Assembly: GCA_951406725.2 (NCBI GenBank)
Contig: OX597823.1
Coordinates: 50,840,001-50,904,000 of the forward strand
DNA: 64,000 nucleotides
Reading direction: 5' to 3'
From: Octopus vulgaris
Lineage: Eukaryota
Both the position numbers and the translations under genes were made by a program. Positions 1-12,598 of this stretch are shown here, one piece after another. Numbering within the stretch: the first letter of the stretch is position 1; each line of letters begins with the position of its first letter. The notes beneath the pieces are model-generated. The model was given only the letters and a program-made list of their open reading frames with translations. It was not told the origin of the DNA and did not search any database.

Positions 1-742
1 ACATTGTCACATAGCAAAGTAATAAGTTACCGCTGAATTCTTTTATATTTTAAGAATGTGTACGGTCTATTTTGCTATTCAATCACAACACAAACGACTT
101 TATATCATGAAGCGGATTGTATGATTCAAACTTGGAGATTTGCACTTACATGCTAAATGCTGATTCATTGGAATCTGGCTCTTAGTAAACATTTTCTATA
201 CGAAATTTTCAACACAGAATACTAAGCAATGCACAGATCTTAGAAGAAATTTCTAGAACACTCTTGATACCAAGATTTGTATATGTACGGGAATGTAAAC
301 TGCGGTAGATCTCATTGCAGATTGTATTCTCATGTGAATGCGTGTTCAGCTATTGCCATACGCGCGCGCGCGCGTGCACGCACACAAACAAACAGACAAA
401 AACACGCGCGCTCACATGCACACGTATTTATATACAAGTACATGCAAACATACATATAGAAGGAGACGCACTCAATTTTTACATGCATTAGTATATATGT
501 TTATTTGTATTTATATTTGGTGGATATTCTTGAATATACATATACATATACATACACAAACACATACACACACACACAAATATATATATATATATGTATG
601 TATATGTATATATATATATATATGTATATAAGGTTATATATATATATATATATATATAAATGGGATAAAATAAAATCCGGGAAGATATCAATAAAGCACT
701 GTGTTAAATGCACTTTGTTTACAATGTTCAACAATCAGATAC

Positions 743-930
743 TCTCTCTTTTACTTGTTTCAGTCATTTGACTGTGGCCATACTGGAGCACCGCCTTTAG
801 TCGAACGAATCGACTACAGGACTTATTCTTTGTAAGCCTAGTACTTATTCTATCGGTCTCTTTTGCCGAACCGCTAAGTTACGTGGATGTGAACACACCA
901 GCATCAGTTGTCAAGCGATGTTGGATGGAC
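743..930 (-). mobile_element. SINE family A, 3' half (tail)
   Basis: Reverse complement reads ...GGCGGTGCTCCAGTATGGCCACAGTCAAATGACTGAAACAAGTAAAAGAG, the tail repeated at 2403, 9400, 15790, 16335, 39160, 54045 and 62720. Confidence 0.85.
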
Positions 931-952
931 AAACAGAGACACACAAACATAG

Positions 953-984
<32 letters not shown>

Positions 985-997
985 GTCTATATATATA

Positions 998-1041
<44 letters not shown>

Positions 1042-1508
1042 CATACATATAGCAATAATTAAGGGTTTAGCAAGAAAACTTTGCAAAGGGTAAGTTTTCT
1101 AGCATTTTTTAAATTTATAACTATCGGAATATTATGTTGATAAGGAAATGAGTTTTATAACTCTAATCCAGAAACGCGTCCATAATTAACCGAAGACTGT
1201 TTGATTTCATTATTTTCCTTCTTTTTTTGCCTGTGTGAGTTACAGAGAGGGTTGTCTGTGGAGTCATATTTTGTAGCGAAAAGAAATAACGGTCTTTTGG
1301 CTGCTATTTCTAAATTTTTCGGTATGTGGTTAAGCAACTCGTTGCTAAACACTTAATCATTGTTATAATTATATATAAAACTTCTTGTATAAGTTTTTAC
1401 CGAATATGGTTCCTTTCCATACCGAAACTACTTGGTGAAATTTATTAATTATAAATTAATAATTTTTTACCCTATATCTATAATAAATATATATGAATAT
1501 ATACATAT

Positions 1509-1673
1509 ACGATGGGCTTCTTTCAGTTTCCGTCCACCAAATCCACTCACAAGGCTTTGGTCGGTCCGAGGCTATAGTAGAAGAAACTTGCCCAGGGTAC
1601 CATGCAGTGGGACTGAACCCGGAACCATGTGGTTCGTAAGCAAGCTACTTACCACACAGCCACTCACACGCCT
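1509..1673 (-). mobile_element. SINE family A, tRNA-like head
   Basis: Reverse complement has A-box-like GTGGCTGTGTGGTAAG and B-box-like GGTTCAGTCCC; closely matches other copies. Confidence 0.85.
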
Positions 1674-2098
1674 ATACCAATAAATGCTCGTAGAATAAAC
1701 ATTCAAAGTAATTCCTCGTGTATGACAAGGAAGTCTAAATATCGTTTACAAGAATTTCAAGAAATTTGGAGTATAAAACAACAAAAATAAGAATGGAGAA
1801 TATCACATCTTTTAATTGGTGATTACACCACACAATACCGACAATTGTTTCTGTTGTGTCAACATATTCAGATACAGAAAATATAAAGTAAAATTAATAT
1901 ATCTGAAAATATATGCTAACACACACACAGTTCCATGCAACGTAAAGTTTCGTAGATTTGCAGAAGGAACATGGCTATCCTCGTTCTGAGAGCATACGAA
2001 ACTATAAAATGTATAGAGCTGAGTCAAACTATTATTAAATGATGCATGTAACTCCTGCCAAATATACAGAGACTGTTACTTTTTTGTTTTACCACTCA

Positions 2099-2170
<72 letters not shown>

Positions 2171-2402
2171 CGTGTTTGTGTGTGCGCATTTGTGTGTGTG
2201 TGTGTGTGACAGTAAGATCCATGGAGGCAGAGTCCGAAAGAGTATAAACATCCAATGGTAATCTCGGTGGATGAGGAGAGGTACCGAAAGTTACCTCCAG
2301 GTGGAAGAAAGGAGGTACCGAAATTTCGAGATGGTAGTTAAAATGTGAGTCCAAGAGAGTAGAAAGTTCAGTCAGGCAGGATCACGTGAGCATATGTAAT
2401 AT

Positions 2403-2812
2403 ACTCTTTACTCTTTTTACTCTTTTACTTCTTTCAGTCATTTGACTGCGGCCATGCTGGAGCACCGCCTTTAGTCGACCAAATCGACCCCAGAACTTAT
2501 TCTTTGTAAGCCTAGTACTTATTCTATCGGTCGCTTTTGCCGAACCGCTAAGTTACGGGGACGTAAACACGCCGGCATCGGCGACAAACACAGACACACG
2601 AACACACACACATACATATATATACATATATACGGCGGGCTTCTTTCAGTTTCCGTCTGAAAGAAGCTTTGTTCAGTTTCCATCTGAAAGAAGGCTTTGG
2701 TCGGCCCGAGGCTATAGTAGAAGAAACTTGCCCAAGGTGCCACGCAGTAGGACTGAACCCGGAACCATGTGGTTGGTAAGCAAGCAACTTACCACACAGC
2801 TACTCCTCCGCC
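2403..2812 (-). mobile_element. Full-length SINE family A (head + internal microsatellite + tail)
   Basis: Complete head, internal (CA)/(TA) tract and tail ending in (GAGTAAAA)-like repeats; TA-rich flanks. Confidence 0.9.
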
Positions 2813-4231
2813 TATATACACCTATATATATATAAATTTACAATATATAAATATTATTCTTAAACAAGAACATTATCGAAGACTTTGAAGTTTTGGCCAG
2901 CAAAGCCATCATCAGCCTGCTTAGCTGTTCGAACCTTCGAAGTTACTGTCAATAGTATCCTTGTTTGTGAATAATAAATTTGTACACTACAAGTTAATAG
3001 AATAATCCACCAGATTAACGTAAACTTATCATTATAACTGAACATAAAAATATTAATATATACATACATGTGTGCGTGTGCGCATGTGTGTACACATATA
3101 TATGTATATACATGCATACATATTGACGCATCAATATAAGTGTCTAAATATGTTTGCGTGAAGAAATCTAACAGAAAATGGAAGTTAATTTCGTTCGTTT
3201 AGGAAAAGCAAGCGAAGAAGGAGCTGAATGCGAGTGACTTTAATAGACTACAAGCAACATAAGAGGTGCGCTACCGCTGTGTTCGTAATCAATAATTTGG
3301 AATCATCAAAACTTGGGGCGACAATTTTGTGTCCGGATAAACCTGAAAAACATTAACATAATGGATCGAATGCACACTTGTGTTTGTGCCTCGAAGACTT
3401 TTACCGCGTGTAATAAATACGCCTGGTTGCACAGTAAGTGTAGTGAGTTTGTTGCCTTTCATATCAGCTGCGATATATATTTGGTGAAAGTATTTTTGGC
3501 ACTGAATCCCTCGACAATTTTTTTTTCCTATTTAGATAATAGAACTAACTTAAAGCCTCTTATATCTACGTACTCTTTTTACTCTTACGACGATTCTTTC
3601 TTCAGTCCGTTTTCCATTTTCATACGCTTTCTTCCTTGCTTTCCTTTTTGTATGATCAAATAAAATCAATCTATAAGTTGCTAGTGCAAAAGAATTGAAT
3701 TAACGTTCGCTTCACTGATTACCATATATACGAAAGAAACGTCTTGTATTTTACACGATACCTACGAAGAAAGGAATATAACAAGATTACAGTTTATTTT
3801 ATTTTATTTTTAACGGCTGAATCATAATCAAATTACTGGCTGAGTTATTTCCCTTAGTTACCTGGCTGGATTTATATGACTGTTGGCAAGATATACTACA
3901 TCAATAAAAATATATAGGCTCTATAATTAAATAGGATAAGTAAATATTTATCTTTGTACTAGTACGATAAGCTGACACTTGATTTTTTCTTAACGCACTA
4001 GGCCTCAGGAGTGTTCTTGAAGATTATAATGGGATTGTAGGAATTTCAAATGGTTATTCTCACCACAGAAACATTTACAACACGAGTGAAACAAAATGGC
4101 TCCAAAGTTTTATGAATTTGGATTGGCGTTTATTTGGTGTTAACGATTATAAATTATATTTGTCTTGCATTTGTTTTACAAAATTACTGGCCTTCATCCT
4201 AAATCAGAAGTCATTATCTTTTATCACTGTA

Positions 4232-4645
4232 AGGCCACAAGCTGGCAGAATCGTTTGCACGCCGGACAAAATGCTCAGCGGCATTTCTTCTGGTTTTGAC
4301 GTTCGGAGTTCAAATTCCACCGATGTCTACTATGTCTTTCATTCTTTCGGTTTCGATAAAATAAATATTAGTTGACCAATAAAGTCGAGGTAATTGACAT
4401 CTCCCTATCCTTAAAAACTACAAGTCTCGTTCCAATAACATCGGGAGGAAATATATTTTAATGTTCTCGCATGTTAAACATCCTATTATTATAGGGAAGT
4501 TTGAAGGATTGTTAGCACACTGGACGAAATACCTAGCGCCGTTTCGGGGTCAGTGCAATAAATACCTGTTGAGTATTGGGGTTGATGAAATCAACCAGCC
4601 TCCCCAAACTTTCAAACTTGTGCCTATAGTAGAAAAGATTATTGT
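4232..4645 (+). mobile_element. Two degraded SINE family B copies
   Basis: GCTGGCAGAATCGTTTGCACGCCGG head, GAGTTCAAATTCC B-box, core TTTCATTCTTTCGGTTTCGATAAA, tail CTTGTGCCTATAGTAGAAAAGATTATT. Confidence 0.7.
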
Positions 4646-4815
4646 TATCATTATTAATTCATTTACGCACAACGGATTAGCCTGAAGGAAAAAAATTCTT
4701 AATATCGCGCTATAACAAGTAGCCTTAGATGCCAAGAAAATTCCTAAGAACCTTAGCTGTCACCAATAAAACTGTTTACTGGAGCTGCACTAAACTAGGT
4801 TTTATGCCTATTTCC

Positions 4816-4876
<61 letters not shown>

Positions 4877-4989
4877 TTGCAGAGTACGACAGAAGTGTTT
4901 CCGAAGGCTCGAAGTAAGTTCTCATTAATTTCGTTGCATACATCCATTTGGTGAGGTTTTTTTGTTTGGAATTTTAATCCCACGTTGTT

Positions 4990-7410
4990 ACTGAAAACCC
5001 CAGGAACCTGTTGCTGGGTTTTCTATTGCCTTTTTCCCCCTTAAGAGAAAAATTTCGGCCCTCCAGAAAATCGCTCGAGAAGCGTTTTGAAAACAGCAAT
5101 TTATAAAGATGGTGGCGTCCACTTTAAAACTTGTAAAAAGAAAATCAGTTCTTCCTCACGGCCTTCTTACTGCTGAAAACTTCTCTCTTCTTCCCTCTCT
5201 TACCAAAAATAATGCAGAAGACGAGGAGAAGACAAAAGGAATGGAAACGGGCAATATCCTAATCTATTTCTTTACTACCCACAAGGGGCTAAACACAGAG
5301 AGGACACACAAGGACAGACAAACGGATTAAGTCGATTATATCGACCCCAGTGCGTAACTGGTACTTATTTAATCGATCCCGAAAGGATGAAAGGCAAAGT
5401 CGACCTCGGCGGAATTTGATAATATCCTAATCTGTCAAGAGAAAGAAGAGGTGAACAGTGGAAAAAATATTTACGGCAACAATAACAGCAGTAACAAAAA
5501 TAGTGGTAGTGGAAGTGACATAGCAATGGTGATAGGGGAAGTAGAGATAGCAAGAATTGCGAGGTTTTGAAGTATAGCAGTAGTAACGACAGCTTCAGCA
5601 GTAACAGTGACAACAACTCAGACGGCGGCAGTAGGAGAGAAGTTAGCAGTGGTGGCAGAGTAGTTGGAGGCAAGCAGTGGTGGTGGTGATGGTAGCAATA
5701 GTGCAAGTGGCTACAACCACACCACCACCACCACCACCACCAGTAGTAGTAGTAAGGTTTCTTTTACCGGCGCCACCGCCTCAAAACAACTCTTTGCACT
5801 CTCTCTAGAGGAAAAAGCCTCTAAATTAGCGAACACCGCCAAGTTCCGAAAAATAGACGGTAGAAGAGAGGAATTAATACCATTACAAGAAATTTTAGCG
5901 AACACAGCAAGGAAAAATAGTAACGTACCATTGTATTAGCCGTATAACAAAACGGCTAGAAACAGAAATGACCGCCAAGATAGAAAGATCTCTTCAGAAT
6001 ATATGGCAGGACATCGGTCATATATCGAGAGCAAAGCAGTTCGGGGGTGGGGGGCCTAGAAGTTCTATTTAAAACTGAGGCCCTGGTTATTCAGCAATCG
6101 GTGGCCGCCTGCTGCAGCGAAGAATTCGTGCTCTTCCCTACACATATGGGAAGATAGGCAGTTAAGATTACCTTACAAGGGGTGCCACCAGAGCTAGAGC
6201 TGTGATGGATACTCGCGTGTGGGGTAATCAACGATAGTGATAATCTCCTGGAGGTGAAGAGATCAAGGAGGGAGAACTGGATAGGATTCGCACTAAAGGT
6301 GTTACTCCATGTAAAACCAGACCAGCTGGAGAAGATCCCTGATTTCATCTCCTTGCCGAACGGAACTGAGTTGAGAGTAATTGTGGAAGGCAAAAATTCG
6401 AGATGCCATGTTTGTGGCATGACAAATCATTTATATGCGGTCTGCCCACAAAACAAAAGAGGAGACGTGGGGCATCCTGCGTGATCTAGAATGCGGAAGG
6501 TTCGTGTCGGCATATGCGGACGACGTCACCGAAATAGTGTCAGTCAGCTCGGAAATCGAGGTAATCGGCACTAACATTGCTGGGTGCTGGATGGAAGGAC
6601 CAGTTAAATTGCTCGGGGCTTGATTTAGTTCAGACTTCCAGGTGGACAAGAACTGGGACGAAGTGACGAGCAAAGTAGCGAGTCTCACCCAGAAATGAGC
6701 AGAGAGGAAGCTGTCCCTGAAAGGTTGAACGAAGGTGGCGAATGCGTACATCACTTCCGTCATCTACTACCGTCTAACCGTCGTCCCTTGCCTTGCTTTG
6801 TGGCTGATCAAGCTGGTGCGCTTGTTCTTCCGCTTTCTGTGGAAGGGATGTGTTCCGCTCGTCGGACGATCCATCTGCTGTCGATAGCCACTGAGTGGGA
6901 ATGTCATGGCTAATGATGCGCAGACGCGCTAGGCTGCGGTATCTCTAGTGCTTTGTTAACGGTGAGCAGGTGTGGTCGCCGTTTGTAACACAGGATTTTT
7001 CGTAGCTCGTCTCAGTCCTAGGTCATAAGTAGACCAAGAAAGGGCGCTTGGCACCTGGAGTGTCAGCAAGTGCTCACAGCTTTCTGCCAGTCGGGCAATG
7101 CGATCAATCGAAGTTCCACTATGGAGTTCTAGACAGGTTTAGTAGAGGGAAAGAGCGACACGTACTCGAGGTAAACTCTGGGTGTCGGGAGGGATCAACT
7201 AACTGATCATTTCCGGAGGACTTTCGGGCCAGTGCTTATGGATAACTTCGAGCAATCTCTGGCCTTGTAGAGCAACCAAGGAGCTCTGCCGGTTCGAGAC
7301 AAGCTTTACAGACACGGAAGTGCTGTCAAACGGACCCGTCCGAAGTTTGCGCAGGGCGACGAAATCGTCCTGCATGCAAAATCGTTGGCCTTGTGCCAAA
7401 ATAAGCAACC
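4990..7410 (+). mobile_element. Degraded, internally deleted L1/Tx1-clade LINE
   Basis: ORF1-like remnant with CCHC knuckle CHVCGMTNHLYAVC (~6405-6446), followed almost directly by RT motif SAYADDVT (~6506-6530) and C-terminal ALPVRDKLYRHG (~7282); many stops and frameshifts; boundaries approximate. Confidence 0.75.
5266..5420 (-). mobile_element. 5'-truncated SINE family B (tail 1) with 13-bp TSD
   Basis: Flanked by a perfect direct repeat AATATCCTAATCT (5253-5265 and 5421-5433); body nearly identical to the 15162 and 58432 copies. Confidence 0.9.
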
Positions 7411-8459
7411 CTTATTCAGGGACATTTTGAGTTGGATGGGCTATTCGACTTGAATAAAATTCTAGCTGGGCCATACCTGCAAGATCATGCGCTGTTTATC
7501 TTGATATAAGGTCACCATGTCGTGCACATGTAGCTGTGACGTCTGTACCTGGTTTACTCTTATCAGATGGGTTGTCATGATGAGTATATTGGACATCGAA
7601 TACTTCGATATTTTGATGGCAAGCGCTACTCTCTCACTCAGTAATTAGAATAGTAATAATAGTAATAATAATAATGAATATAATAATGATAATAATACTA
7701 AATATATAATAAAGATAATAGTAAATATAATAATGATAATAATATTACTATTATTGTTATTGGCGGTGGTGACGGTAGTGGTGATGGGGTAGTGTTAAGA
7801 AAATAACGTGAATATTCAATATTTTTTCATTGAAATATTGGCTGCAGATTGTTGCGACTTGACATTGTAAATGAAGTTTTCAGAAGCAACTGTTGGCATT
7901 GAGAATAATTAATTAAGAAATAGTTTCATTGTGGCAATCAGTTTAATAGGGAAGAAAGCCCTTTAGTGAACTTTAAATGAAAGTGCTTAGGTCATTCCCA
8001 GGGTCATAATCCAGGTCAAACTTAGGCCAGTTTAGTAAATATCTCCTTTGAGTCACCTACTTTTACTTTTACTCATAGAAATACTGGTTCTTCTCTATAG
8101 CACCAAATTTAAGTTATTACAGCCAGTCACACATTACTTACAACAATCACATAAATACTTGCATATATATGTCTATGTATGTATGTATGTATGTATCATA
8201 CAGAAATTTATAGATATACTTATCTTTAAATATATACGTATACAAATATAGGTACATACATGCACACAAACATATGTAAAATACGTTAGTTATTTCTATT
8301 TAAAAGTACTATGCATGTGTTATATATGTCTATATACCGTCCGTGTATCGTATAACCGAAAAAGAAGCACACTAAATCAGTGTAGTATTGTATTTATATA
8401 CAGTTAAGTGTATGTCCGATCATCATATATACATGCACAGACATATATTCATACGTCCA

Positions 8460-8490
<31 letters not shown>

Positions 8491-8809
8491 CCACATGTAT
8501 ATCGATCAAGATAGATTACTTGAACCAAAATAGTATTCAGAATATCACAAGTGGAGTGAAATATATGATAAATAATAGGAACTGTCTTAGAATATTAATT
8601 GTTGCACTGAATTTAGAAAATACATTGTTAGTCTGAAATTCCTGCTCAATTAAACAATTTTTAGAGCATTTGTCGGAAAATTTGCTTGAACAACAAAAGC
8701 TGGAATATTCAAAAATTACTTTAAATATCCCACTTATGTTCGTCAATAAAACTGCTGACGAATATTTGCTTAATTTATTGTTAAATTGAGCAGGAAACTC
8801 AGTGTAGTG

Positions 8810-9395
8810 CTGTGTGTATGAATGTATGTGTGTGTGTGTGTATGTAAGAATGTGTGTGTATGAATGTGTGTGTGTGTGTGTGTGTGTGTGTATGAATGTG
8901 TGTGTGTATGAATGTGTGTATGAATGTGTGTGTATGTGTGTATGAATGTGTGTGTGTGTGTATGAATGTGTGTGTGTATGAATGTGTCTATGGATGTGTG
9001 TGTATGTGTGTATGAATGTCTGTGTATGTATATATGCGTGTGTGTATGAATTTATGCGTGTATGTATGAATATATGTATGTGTATGAATATATGCGTGTG
9101 TATGAATATATGCGTGTGTATGAATATATGCGTGTGTATGAATATATGCGTGTGTATGAATATATGCGCGTATATGAATATATGCGTGTGTGTATGAATA
9201 TATGCGTGTGTATATGAATATATGCGTGTGTATATGAATATATGCGTGTGTGTATGAATATATGCGTGTGTATGAATATATGCGTGTGTATGAATATATG
9301 CGCGTATATGAATATATGCGTGTGTATGAATATAAGCGTGTGTATGAATATGCGTGTGTATGATTATGTGTGTGTGTATGAATATGTGTGTGTGT
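8810..9395. repeat. (TG)n-derived minisatellite, ~18-bp unit GTGTGTATGAATATATGC
   Basis: Tandem array directly visible. Confidence 0.95.
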
Positions 9396-9397
9396 CT

Positions 9398-9918
9398 TTT
9401 TATCTTTTACTTGATCAAGTCATTAGACTGTGGCTATGCTGGGGCACCGCCTTCAGCAATTTTTAGTCAAATGAGACGACACCAGTACTCATTCCACCGA
9501 TATCTTTTGTCGAACCGCTAAGTTAAAGAATCGTAAACACACTAACAGAGGTTATAAAGCGGTGGCGAGGAAAAGAGAGACACAGGCACATACAGATATA
9601 TATTAATATAACGGGCTTCTTTCAGTTTCCATTTACCAAAGCCATTCTCAAGAATTTGGTCTACCCGAGGCAACAGTAGAAGATACTTACTCGAGATGTC
9701 ACCTAATGAGATTGAACCCGAAACCATGTGGTTGGGAAGCAAGCTTCTTACCACATTATACATATAAGACGGGCTTCTTTCAGTTTCTGTCTAGGAAATC
9801 CACTTTGGTCAGCCCGTGACTATAGTAGACAGTTGTTCAAGGTGCCACGCAGTGGGACTGAACCCAGAACTATGTGGTTGGGAAGCAAGCTTCTTACCAC
9901 ACAGTTACTCCTGCGCCA
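9398..9918 (-). mobile_element. SINE family A full copy (9398-9753) plus a second head (9768-9918)
   Basis: Same head and tail sequences as 2403-2812, more diverged. Confidence 0.8.
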
Positions 9919-9922
9919 ATAG

Positions 9923-9987
<65 letters not shown>

Positions 9988-10231
9988 TATATAGAAAATA
10001 TAACGATAAAATCTATATAAGAATTTATGAAGTAGCTAGCATGAAAAACCAGAGTATATACTTTTTCCTTTAAAATATAGATACATTAATTATATGAAGG
10101 GCTATTACTATAAGTAAACTACTTCAAGTAGTTTTTGACTTTAGAATCCCGTTACAGCATGAGGCGTTTACTTAGAGTATTAGTCCTTAATATAATATGA
10201 TATTTTTTTATATATATATATATGTATATGT

Positions 10232-10497
10232 AAAAAAATACAAACTGGGACAAGAACGCAAAACATTTAGAAGACGATACAAAAAACACGGACGGGACAT
10301 TCGAAGCCTTCAATCTTCAGTCAAGAACCGGATCATCCTCGCAATTCGGATCTGATTAATCTTGAGATTGCTCCGACCTGGCCAGCCGCAAAGGAAAATC
10401 TAAGCCAAGCGCATTAGATTCCTTGGAGGAAAGCCTCGAATGTATACAAAACAAGGACGGGAAAACGGACGATGTTACACGAATAAGAATACGAATG
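10232..10497. repeat. Interspersed repeat embedded in (TA)n, unclassified
   Basis: Flanked by TA tracts. Its end AAAATACAAACTGGGACAAGAACGCAAAACA recurs inverted at ~30225-30256. Internal inverted repeat ACATTCGAAGCCTTC / GAAAGCCTCGAATGT. Confidence 0.6.
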
Positions 10498-10525
10498 TAT
10501 ATATATATATATATATATATACACA

Positions 10526-10565
<40 letters not shown>

Positions 10566-10569
10566 CACA

Positions 10570-10672
<103 letters not shown>

Positions 10673-10709
10673 GTAATATATATATAATAAATATATATAT
10701 ATGTAAGCA

Positions 10710-10870
10710 TACGGACTTCTTTCACTTGCCATCTTCCGAATCCACTCCCAAAGCTTGGATCAGATCAAGGCTATAGTAAAAGACACTTGCCCAAGGTATC
10801 ACGCAGTGGGAATTAATCCAAAGCGATGTGACTGGAAAGCAAGCTTTTACAACCCACTCACGCCTGCGCC
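10710..10870 (-). mobile_element. SINE family A head
   Basis: Homologous to 1509-1673. Confidence 0.75.
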
Positions 10871-10878
10871 TATATATA

Positions 10879-11781
10879 CGAGTTCCGTTCAAAAAGTATC
10901 CGACTTCGTTTTTTCCCCACCAAAACAAATGGCGCGTGGCCAAAATCTTTTGAAAGCGAAGTGATGCCACCCTTTCTACTCATGCGCAAAAATTTTCGCA
11001 CCGGTAAGCTGTGTCAGTTTCCGGCTGTTATATGCCAAAGTGCTTTCGTTGGATTTTCGTTTTCACCGAACGCATCGAGCAGAGATATTGCATCAAATTT
11101 TATCGAAAGCTTTGTGATACTCAAACTCAAAACTTCCAGAAGATCCAGCAGATCTTTGGCGAATGTGCCATGGACAGAACTCAGATCAAGAAGTAGTACA
11201 ATCGCTTGAAACACGGCCACACCTCAAAAGAGCGCAGAACGTTCAGGCAGGCTATCCACAAGCCGAAATGAGGAGCCGATTGAGAAGGTTCGGTGAAAAA
11301 ATTATAGAAGACTTTCGTATAACAATCCAGAAAATTGCCCACGAAATTGAAATAAGCACAGGATCAATGCATTCTATTTTAACGGAGAATTTGAGCATGC
11401 GGAGGGAGTCAGGGATATTCGTCCCCAATGTGCCACTGGAGTAGCAGTAACAACTCCGCATAGAAATCGCTCAGAATACGCTGGATTGTGCAAACCACGG
11501 CCCAGTTTTCATGAAGACCATCACCACTGGTGATGAGAAATGGGTTTATGATCTCTGCTTGGTGTGTCCTGTTATCTTGCTTGAGAGCGAAAATCTGACG
11601 AGCACGCATTACACGTCAGTACTTAAGGCGTAACAGCCAGAAACTTAAGCATCCTATTGGTGCGAAAATTTTCATGCATGAGAAGGAAGGGTACAGTCAC
11701 CTCCCTCCGAAAGGATATCGCCCACACGATATCAATTTTGGTTATAAAAAATAATGTCACATACTTTTTGAACGCACCTCG
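10879..11781 (+). mobile_element. Internally deleted mariner transposon with long inverted ends
   Basis: TA-flanked TIRs CGAGTTCCGTTCAAAAAGTAT / ATACTTTTTGAACGCACCTCG. Broken transposase N-terminus: IEQRYCIKFYRKL, EDFRITIQKIAHEIEISTGSMHSILTENL, FVPN, TGDEKWVY. Confidence 0.85.
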
Positions 11782-12039
11782 TACACCAAGGATAAGTGTG
11801 TGCTCGTGTGTGTGCGTGAATATGTGTACACAGTATGTGTGTGTGAGTGCATGTGTTAACATAAATTGAATTACAACGTGAGCATACTGCAGTTATATTT
11901 CTTTAAGACAATAATTTGACTAAATCTTATGAGTGGTATCCATCACATCATACTATAATAGTTGAACAGTTTTACTGTCATTTGGCAGAGGGGTCAGAAT
12001 TCATAATCGAGAAAACAACACCTAGATAATCGACGAGAA

Positions 12040-12598
12040 AACATGTCGACTAAAATCTTTCAAGGCGGTGCCCCAGCATGGCCGTAGTCTAATGACTAAA
12101 ATGAAAAATAGGAGAAAAGATATATATTTGCGTGCGCACGTGCATGTGCGTGTGTGTACGACGGGCCTTCAGTTTCTGTCAAGCAATTCCACTCCCAAGG
12201 ATTTAGTGGATCCAAGGGTATAGTAAAAGTCATTTGCCCAAGGTGTCACGCAATGAGACTGAACCCGGAATCATGTAGTTTGAAAGCAAACTTCTTACCA
12301 CTAAAACTCTTGAGGCTGCCTTAGCATAGTCGCAGTCCAATGACTGAATCAAGTAAAAGATAAAAAAAGAGGCGTGTGTATGTGTGTGGCGGACGTCTTT
12401 CAGTTTCCGTTTATCAAGTCTACTTACAAAGATTAGGTAAGCCCGAGTGTATAGCAGAAGCCACTTGTCCATGGTGCTATGCAGTGGGACTGAACCCACA
12501 ACCGTATATTTTGAAAGCAAACATCTTACCATTAAACCCCTTGAAGCTTCTTCAGCATAGCCACAGTCCACTGACAGAAACACGTAAGCGATAAAAGA
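12040..12598. mobile_element. Cluster of alternating SINE A tails (+) and heads (-)
   Basis: Tail+ ~12040-12120, head- ~12158-12300, tail+ ~12300-12365, head- ~12388-12530, tail+ ~12530-12598. Confidence 0.7.

Noticed and set aside
359-385. (CG)n/(CA)n run with Z-DNA potential
   Set aside because: Real but commonplace within the microsatellites; no sign of function.
277-1086. YIYIYI / HTHTHT / VCVC ORFs here and throughout the track
   Set aside because: They are translations of (TA)n, (CA)n and (TG)n microsatellites.
8982-9466. Cys/Met-rich repeat ORFs (MNICVC)n, or a CRISPR-like array
   Set aside because: Simple tandem minisatellite without unique spacers, in a eukaryotic context with no cas genes.
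10275-10325. Hammerhead on the minus strand (CTGAAGA...)
   Set aside because: No GAAA after the candidate stem II and no stem I pairing.
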